Origin: a virus
Length of the DNA: 10,951 nucleotides
Virus record (IMG/VR): IMGVR_UViG_3300045988_174840
Strand: one strand, 5' to 3'
A program made the translations under genes and the position numbers. Of the stretch, positions 6,499 through 10,951 are shown in pieces. Under the pieces are notes generated by a model. That model did no database searches, was not told the DNA's origin, and worked only from the letters and a program-made list of their open reading frames with translations. The stretch's first letter is position 1; each line of letters begins with the position of its first letter.

Positions 6499-6900
6499 TT
6501 ACTCCTCTACAGCTTCCTCTTCCTCTTCCTCTTTTGCAAGAGAGAAATAAGGAACTCTTTTTTCAACTGTTCTAACTACCTCTCCAGATTCGATAAGCTG
6601 TTTAAGAAGAGCCGATAATTTCTGAGAAGAAAGTTTACTCATTTCAGAGTTTTCCTTAATCATGGTTGAAACTGTAACAGGTTTATCAAATAACTCCAAA
6701 GCTACAAGAATAAGTTTTTTGACTTCCTCATTTTCTTTCTGGTTTTTGGTTTTTTTACCGCTGGAAGATTTTTTATTCAACAGCTCGATTTCATGTCTGA
6801 GAAAGTTAAGTGCTTCTTCTTTTGGTTCAAAGCTACTTTCTTCCAGAAAAGCACTGATAGTTTCAAACCAATCTTTTTTTGTCATTTTGTCTTTCATCAT
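6499..6900 (-). CDS. Winged-helix-like protein with a poly-Glu C-terminal tail (~133 aa), paralog A. Start is ATG 6900 (or 6897); the ATG at 6906 is too close to the SD.
   Basis: The C-terminal 85 aa (KPVTVSTMIKENSEMSKLSSQKLSALLKQLIESGEVVRTVEKRVPYFSLAKEEEEEE) are about 85% identical to 8803..9210. Helix-turn-helix-wing pattern. Promoter at 6934-6962. Confidence 0.75.
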   Translation of the reverse strand: MMKDKMTKKDWFETISAFLEESSFEPKEEALNFLRHEIELLNKKSSSGKKTKNQKENEEVKKLILVALELFDKPVTVSTMIKENSEMSKLSSQKLSALLKQLIESGEVVRTVEKRVPYFSLAKEEEEEEAVEE

Positions 6901-6933
6901 ATTCATTACCTCTTTCTTTCTTTTGATATATTT

Positions 6934-6962
6934 ATTATAGCATACTTTTTTGTTTTTGTCAA
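6934..6962 (-). promoter_or_regulatory. Consensus promoter TTGACA-17-TGcTATAAT followed by the conserved leader ATATCAAAAGAAAGAGG
   Basis: The reverse complement reads TTGACA aaaacaaaaaagtatgc TATAAT. Confidence 0.6.
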
Positions 6963-6978
6963 TTACTTTTTTTATTTT

Positions 6979-7182
6979 TTAATTTTTTCCAAGATACTCT
7001 TCAAGATGCTCGTTTAAGAAATTTATAGTTTCATCCAACCCGCAAATCTCACAAAAGTTTTTAAAAGCTTTTTCAAGTTCTTTTTTTCTAGTTGCTTTTA
7101 TTAATTTAATACAACTCTCATAATCTTCTTTTGTAATAACAAAAGGAACGCATCCATCTTTTTTCAATGTAAATTTTTCCAT
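6979..7182 (-). CDS. Hypothetical small protein (67 aa, several Cys)
   Basis: SD AGAGAGG is 9 nt before the ATG. Promoter at 7215-7243. Confidence 0.55.
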   Translation of the reverse strand: MEKFTLKKDGCVPFVITKEDYESCIKLIKATRKKELEKAFKNFCEICGLDETINFLNEHLEEYLGKN

Positions 7183-7214
7183 TTTTATTTGCCTCTCTTT
7201 CTTTTGATATATTT

Positions 7215-7243
7215 ATTGTATCACATCTTTTGACTGCTGTCAA
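7215..7243 (-). promoter_or_regulatory. Consensus promoter TTGACA-17-TGaTACAAT
   Basis: The reverse complement reads TTGACA gcagtcaaaagatgtga TACAAT. Confidence 0.6.
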
Positions 7244-7249
7244 GCACTT

Positions 7250-7669
7250 TTATAAAATATTTTCAGCTTTTAAGTAATCTCTATAGGAAATATAGCCATT
7301 TTCCGCGAGCCACCTATCACAAGCGTTGGATTCTCTCCAATAATACTCCTCCCAGACTGGAAAAGTTATTATTATTTTATCACTTTCTTTTTTAAGAATA
7401 GTAATAATTGTATTAATACAATGTCCTTTACCCTCAAGCCATTCCTTGAAAGTAACCTTTTCTGCCGCTTCAAACGAAATTGTAAATGAGAAATTAAGCT
7501 CTTTTCCTTTTTCTGTGAGAAAATCAGTTAAATAATTTACAAACTCTTCTTCCTCATAGTTACTTTCGTCCAGCAGTGGAGTTTCTAAAAAATGCTCATT
7601 TGCTGGATTATAAAATCCATTTCTTTTGATGTCTTCAATTAACATTTTAACAACTTTTTCAATTTTCAT
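7250..7669 (-). CDS. Hypothetical acidic protein (139 aa)
   Basis: SD AAGGAATGGGA. Promoter at 7705-7733. Glu/Asp-rich; no motif recognised. Confidence 0.6.
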   Translation of the reverse strand: MKIEKVVKMLIEDIKRNGFYNPANEHFLETPLLDESNYEEEEFVNYLTDFLTEKGKELNFSFTISFEAAEKVTFKEWLEGKGHCINTIITILKKESDKIIITFPVWEEYYWRESNACDRWLAENGYISYRDYLKAENIL

Positions 7670-7704
7670 TTTATCCCATTCCTTCTTTTGATTTTTGTAA
7701 TATC

Positions 7705-7733
7705 ATTATATCAAATTTAATTTGGTTTGTCAA
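7705..7733 (-). promoter_or_regulatory. Consensus promoter TTGACA-17-TGaTATAAT
   Basis: The reverse complement reads TTGACA aaccaaattaaatttga TATAAT. Confidence 0.6.
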
Positions 7734-7840
7734 GTGTTTTTTATTTTTTTATAAGGTTTTCGCATAACACTTGACCAAAAGCATTTCCTTATTATTTTCT
7801 ATTGACATAATCTCAAATTGATTTGATTTTGTCAAGTCTT

Positions 7841-8164
7841 TTAAAAATAACTTCCTAAGCTTGTAATAAAAGTGCTTTCTACAATAAGTTTATTATTTAT
7901 ATAATAAGTAAAAGCAATAGAAGTTACATAAACAGCCAGACCTAAGAGTGAACTTTCAAAAGCACATTCCTGAGAGATATTAAATTTATAGTTTTTATGT
8001 TTAGGATTTTCTTTTAAGAAATTGAAAACAGTCTCGCCTAAACAATCGCCTTTATTATTCATTTCCATGTAATTATGTCTTTCAGAGTTCCAAAAACCGT
8101 GACTGTCTAAAAAATCATAAAGGTCTGCCATTGTCTCCTCAAACATTGTTAAATCGTTTGCCAT
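7841..8164 (-). CDS. Hypothetical small acidic protein (107 aa) with a GFW motif and a hydrophobic C-terminus
   Basis: SD AGAGG is 8 nt before the ATG. Promoter at 8200-8228. It shares the L-D-L-x3-GFW-S-E/D motif with 9361..9636. Confidence 0.55.
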   Translation of the reverse strand: MANDLTMFEETMADLYDFLDSHGFWNSERHNYMEMNNKGDCLGETVFNFLKENPKHKNYKFNISQECAFESSLLGLAVYVTSIAFTYYINNKLIVESTFITSLGSYF

Positions 8165-8199
8165 ATTAAATACCTCTTTCTTATTTATTTTATGTATAC

Positions 8200-8228
8200 A
8201 TTATATCAAAAGAAAAAATAAAAGTCAA
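8200..8228 (-). promoter_or_regulatory. Promoter TTGACT-17-TGaTATAAT
   Basis: The reverse complement reads TTGACT tttattttttcttttga TATAAT. Confidence 0.6.
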
Positions 8229-8419
8229 TGGCATTTTGCACAAAGTATAATAAAATATTTTGTCTATTTTGACTATTGACAAGTTTAGCATTGTGCATAA
8301 CAGAGAAAATTGGCGAATTTTGATATAAATTTTTGTTCATTTTACCTATTGACAAAGAATTTTGTGCAAAACAGAGAATTTTGGGATAAAAAATTTTTTA
8401 TTTTTGTGCATTTTTTCTC

Positions 8420-8448
8420 TTGACAAAATTGTTAGCGTGTGATATAAT
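8420..8448 (+). promoter_or_regulatory. Consensus promoter TTGACA-17-TGaTATAAT on the + strand. It forms the left arm of the 8420-8513 palindrome and has no ORF downstream.
   Basis: TTGACA at 8420-8425, 17-nt spacer, TATAAT at 8443-8448. Confidence 0.55.
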
Positions 8449-8457
8449 GGATATTTC

Positions 8458-8480
8458 GGTCGCCTTGATCCAAGGCGACC
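8458..8480. repeat. GC-rich perfect hairpin GGTCGCCTT-GATCC-AAGGCGACC at the centre of the promoter palindrome
   Basis: The 9-bp arms are exact reverse complements. It sits at the predicted +1 of both flanking promoters. Confidence 0.85.
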
Positions 8481-8484
8481 CGCT

Positions 8485-8513
8485 ATTATATCACACTTTC
8501 GGGTGCTTGTCAA
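8485..8513 (-). promoter_or_regulatory. Consensus promoter TTGACA-17-TGaTATAAT on the - strand. It forms the right arm of the palindrome and points toward the small-gene array.
   Basis: The reverse complement reads TTGACA agcacccgaaagtgtga TATAAT. Confidence 0.55.
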
Positions 8514-8802
8514 TAGGCAAAATAAACAAAATTAAAAAATTTTTGAGCATTATCTTTGTTACATTTTCACAAAATTATAGACTGGAACTCTTTGTGCAAC
8601 AATACCAAAATTATAAAAATTTTTTAGCTATTTTTTGTAATTTATGTACATTGACTTTTTTGTTCTCTGGTATTTTTGAATAAAAAACATCCCTCCAGCA
8701 GCGGATTTTTTGTGCAAAAAGTAGAAAAAAAAATGCACAAAAAGGAGGACGGATTTTGTGCAATCCGCCCTCTTGACAAGGTTTATAAGTTACTTTTTAG
8801 TT

Positions 8803-9210
8803 TTACTCTTCTTCCTCAACTTCTTCTTCTTTTGCAAGAGAAAAGTAAGGAACTCTTTTTTCAACTGTCCTGACCACTTTGCCTGCCTCAATCATTTTTT
8901 TCAACAGTGCAGATAACTTCTGAGAAGAAAGCTTACTCATTTCGGCGTTCTCTTTAATCATTGTAGTTACCGTGACAGGTTTACCAAACAGCTCTAAGGC
9001 AATTCCAATAAGTTCCATAAGCTCCTCATTTTCTTTAATGTGAGCTGTTTTCTTTTTGCCTGGTGCTGAAGATTTCTTATTTAACAGTTCAATCTCGTGA
9101 TTGATGAAGTCAAGTGTTTCTATTTTTTTGTCAAAGTTTTCGGTTTTTTCTACGATGCCAACCAGCAGTTTGAAAAAGTCTTTTTTTGTCATTTTTGTTG
9201 TGTTTGTCAT
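8803..9210 (-). CDS. Winged-helix-like protein with an acidic C-terminal tail (135 aa), paralog B
   Basis: SD AAGAGGA is 8 nt before the ATG. Promoter at 9323-9351. The C-terminus KPVTVTTMIKENAEMSKLSSQKLSALLKKMIEAGKVVRTVEKRVPYFSLAKEEEVEEEE matches paralog A. Confidence 0.75.
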   Translation of the reverse strand: MTNTTKMTKKDFFKLLVGIVEKTENFDKKIETLDFINHEIELLNKKSSAPGKKKTAHIKENEELMELIGIALELFGKPVTVTTMIKENAEMSKLSSQKLSALLKKMIEAGKVVRTVEKRVPYFSLAKEEEVEEEE

Positions 9211-9255
9211 AATTAAATTCCTCTTTTCTTTCTTTAAAAATTTTTTTGGTGGCTT

Positions 9256-9292
9256 GCGGTCGGTGGTCGATTTTGCCGACCAACCAAACCGC
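9256..9292. repeat. Imperfect GC-rich stem-loop GCGGTCGGTGGTCG-ATTTTGC-CGACCAACCAAACCGC in the 5' leader of gene 8803..9210
   Basis: Seen directly in the sequence. It shares the CAGCGG-GGTC...GACC theme with the hairpins at 6154-6185 and 8458-8480. Confidence 0.6.
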
Positions 9293-9322
9293 TGAAATTA
9301 TTTACTACTTTGTTACAATACT

Positions 9323-9351
9323 ATTGTACTACTTCTTTTTACTTTTGTCAA
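9323..9351 (-). promoter_or_regulatory. Consensus promoter TTGACA-17-TACAAT followed by the palindromic TTGTAACAA leader element
   Basis: The reverse complement reads TTGACA aaagtaaaaagaagtag TACAAT agtaTTGTAACAAag. Confidence 0.6.
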
Positions 9352-9360
9352 GCACTTTTT

Positions 9361-9636
9361 TTATTTTTTTTGTTCCCACAAAACTACTTGAGTCATAGGC
9401 TTGTTATTTTCAATCCAAGCAAGGGAAAAAGCTACGATGTTAAAAGGATGCTCAAGAAATTCGATATAATCAATATCAAATTCAAAATCCCATTCTTTTT
9501 GATAAGATTCTAACAAGCTATTGATAGCGTTATAGCTATAAGTATAACTATAACTATCACTGTCCCAAAAACCTGCTTTTATTAAGTCATCTTCTAAACG
9601 ATTTAAAATTTTTTCTAACATTATTATCACCTTCAT
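9361..9636 (-). CDS. Hypothetical small strongly acidic protein (91 aa) with a GFW motif
   Basis: SD AAGGAAA is 9 nt before the ATG. Probably co-transcribed with 9699..10073, since no separate consensus promoter was found. Confidence 0.55.
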   Translation of the reverse strand: MKVIIMLEKILNRLEDDLIKAGFWDSDSYSYTYSYNAINSLLESYQKEWDFEFDIDYIEFLEHPFNIVAFSLAWIENNKPMTQVVLWEQKK

Positions 9637-9649
9637 TCAATGTTATTTC

Positions 9650-9678
9650 CTTGCTACCGCTTAATAAGCGGTAGCAAG
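9650..9678. repeat. Perfect 11-bp hairpin CTTGCTACCGC-TTAATAA-GCGGTAGCAAG between genes 9699..10073 and 9361..9636. It overlaps the SD of the downstream gene.
   Basis: Exact inverted repeat. The 3' arm on the minus RNA ends in CAAGGAAAT, which is the SD of gene 9361..9636. Confidence 0.8.
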
Positions 9679-9698
9679 TTTATTAAATTATTTAGTTT

Positions 9699-10073
9699 CT
9701 ATTTCTTTTTTGGCGGTCGATGCTTAATCAAAGAAATTGAATACTCGGACTCACCGATTTTGAAAGTAATTTCTTTTTGTGGATTTGCGATTGCTACACT
9801 TTCAAAGTCCATTTCTTCATTTTCTTTTAAGTAGCTTGCTAAAATCTCAATAATTTTAACTTTTTCTGCATCAAGTTTGATTTCACGCTTTTTCGTGCTT
9901 TTTTTCTCTGGTGTACTCTGGACATAATTCTTAATGCCTTTAGCCTTAATCTCCATTTCTGCCATTTCAAGAGCTTCCTCTTTTGTTACGGGTTCTCCAT
10001 CCGCTTCAAATTCTTTCATAAGCTTAATAGCAAGCTTTTCGATTGCATCTGCGGTCACTGTTGTTTTAGCCAT
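9699..10073 (-). CDS. Hypothetical protein (124 aa), Lys/Glu-rich
   Basis: ATG at 10073 with an AAAGGATG-type SD about 11 nt upstream. Promoter at 10122-10150. Confidence 0.55.
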   Translation of the reverse strand: MAKTTVTADAIEKLAIKLMKEFEADGEPVTKEEALEMAEMEIKAKGIKNYVQSTPEKKSTKKREIKLDAEKVKIIEILASYLKENEEMDFESVAIANPQKEITFKIGESEYSISLIKHRPPKKK

Positions 10074-10096
10074 GTTACATCACATCCTTTTTAAAA

Positions 10097-10160
10097 TTTA
10101 CTATTAACTTGTTACAATGGTATTATATCGCACCTTAGCTTAAAAGTCAAGCATTTTCGT
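10097..10160. repeat. Perfect 64-bp direct repeat, copy A (promoter + leader + last 5 codons of the exonuclease gene)
   Basis: Identical to 10888-10951 at an offset of 791 bp. Confidence 0.9.
10122..10150 (-). promoter_or_regulatory. Consensus promoter TTGACT-17-TATAAT plus a TTGTAACAA leader, lying within the 64-bp direct-repeat copy A. Its -35 overlaps the exonuclease stop codon.
   Basis: The reverse complement reads TTGACT tttaagctaaggtgcga TATAAT accaTTGTAACAAg. Confidence 0.6.
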
Positions 10161-10857
10161 GTAATTCTTTTCTTTTTTTCTGCGGCAGTCTCCAACATGA
10201 CGGCTTAATACTTCTATCCATTTTTTTATGCTGGTCAAAACATTTTTTCATAATTTCAATTTCAATTTTTACATCTTCTAAACCTGTATGAGATTCTACA
10301 AAATCAATATTCTTTTTAATATATTTATAGCATACCTCAGCGTTAGTTAAAAGATTGCCTTTTTCAGACTCAAATCCGTTTTTCTCAGCAAATTTGATAT
10401 AGGTGTTTGTACTTAAAATCATCTGGCAAGCCATATTCCAAATACAAAAATATTCTGTGCCATAAGGGAAAAACCAGCGAATAAAACTTTTGCTATGGTA
10501 TCTAATAGCATTGTTTAATGCTTTTCTATCAAAATTCATATTGTAAGCACCAACTTTTTTCACATTATATTCTTTCATGTCTGCAAACATCTGTTTTCTA
10601 ATATTGAAGATGCTTTTCATGGTTCTTTTTCCGCTTTTTAAATCATCCCAATATTTTGGGATTTTTTTAGCGTAGTAGGCACTATTCATAGCTTCTTTCA
10701 AGTCAATAAATGTCTCAGCGACTACAAAGCTTCTTTCGGTGACAATGTTACCGTGTCTATCTGCAATAGCATAACCAATATCATAAGGGATTGGCTCATT
10801 TACACTATTCGCAGTTTCTGTATCCAATACCATGAAAAACTCTTTTCTTCTACTCAT
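10147..10857 (-). CDS. DEDDh (DnaQ-like) 3'-5' exonuclease, ~236 aa. Start is ATG 10857; the ORF-track start at 10872 is a TTG with no SD.
   Basis: Exo I MVLDTETAN. Exo II VGAYNMNFDRKAL. Exo III HTGLEDV (H-x4-D). GAGGAAA lies 6 nt before ATG 10857. Promoter copy B is at 10913-10941. Confidence 0.8.
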   Translation of the reverse strand: MSRRKEFFMVLDTETANSVNEPIPYDIGYAIADRHGNIVTERSFVVAETFIDLKEAMNSAYYAKKIPKYWDDLKSGKRTMKSIFNIRKQMFADMKEYNVKKVGAYNMNFDRKALNNAIRYHSKSFIRWFFPYGTEYFCIWNMACQMILSTNTYIKFAEKNGFESEKGNLLTNAEVCYKYIKKNIDFVESHTGLEDVKIEIEIMKKCFDQHKKMDRSIKPSCWRLPQKKRKELHENA

Positions 10858-10887
10858 TTTTGATTTCCTCAACTTTCATTTATTTTT

Positions 10888-10951
10888 TTTACTATTAACT
10901 TGTTACAATGGTATTATATCGCACCTTAGCTTAAAAGTCAAGCATTTTCGT
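10888..10951. repeat. Perfect 64-bp direct repeat, copy B (runs to the window edge); contains promoter 10913-10941 for the exonuclease gene
   Basis: Identical to 10097-10160. It includes ...TCAAGCATTTTCGT, the stop codon plus C-terminal codons of an exonuclease-like ORF, which implies a further homologous gene end just beyond the window. Confidence 0.85.

Noticed and set aside
6662-7017. ORF-track + strand ORFs 6662..6940 and 6793..7017
   Set aside because: They are antisense to the wH paralog A gene and the 67-aa gene, with poly-Phe/Leu low-complexity translations and no SD.
8420-8873. ORF-track + strand ORFs 8420..8683 and 8676..8873
   Set aside because: The first begins at the TTG of a -35 hexamer and its only ATG lies inside the -10 box, so it would not be transcribed. 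Both run through the repeat hub and have no SD.
9101-9834. ORF-track + strand ORFs 9101..9295, 9310..9513 and 9640..9834
   Set aside because: All are antisense to well-supported minus-strand genes or span promoter and hairpin DNA. Their translations are Phe/Lys/Ser-rich low complexity.
10857-10872. Longer exonuclease start MRKSKMSRR at the ORF-track coordinate 10872
   Set aside because: The codon at 10872 is TTG with no SD upstream. The ATG at 10857 is preceded by GAGGAAA at ideal spacing.

Overview
This 10.95-kb window is very AT-rich (roughly 25-30% GC by eye) and has low-GC Gram-positive/Fusobacteria-type expression signals: near-consensus sigma-A promoters (TTGACA-17-TGnTATAAT) and AGGAGG-type ribosome-binding sites. 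It reads like an accessory or mobile-element region of the plasmid/phage/conjugative-element leading-region type, not core chromosome. I support 16 CDSs, mostly small, and almost every one sits behind its own near-consensus promoter. The content is: (1) a minus-strand pair of a SprT-like HExxH zinc metalloprotease and a classic-clade AAA ATPase, followed by a small hypothetical gene and a truncated 2-TM membrane protein; (2) a plus-strand block with a small HTH protein, a winged-HTH + GIY-YIG nuclease fusion and a second wHTH protein, ending in an iteron/palindrome-rich origin-like region; (3) an ~800-bp strongly C-depleted purine-rich non-coding tract; (4) a minus-strand array of small, mostly acidic hypothetical genes that includes a duplicated two-gene module; (5) a DEDDh (DnaQ-like) 3'-5' exonuclease gene flanked by perfect 64-bp direct repeats that carry its promoter. 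The most unusual structures are a ~95-bp palindrome made of two face-to-face consensus promoters around a GC hairpin (8420-8513), a ~600-bp intergenic hub dense with TTGTGCAA and TATTGACAA motifs, and the C-free tract. I found no rRNA, tRNA or CRISPR. All calls come from reading the sequence by eye; no searches were run, so family assignments rest on motifs.
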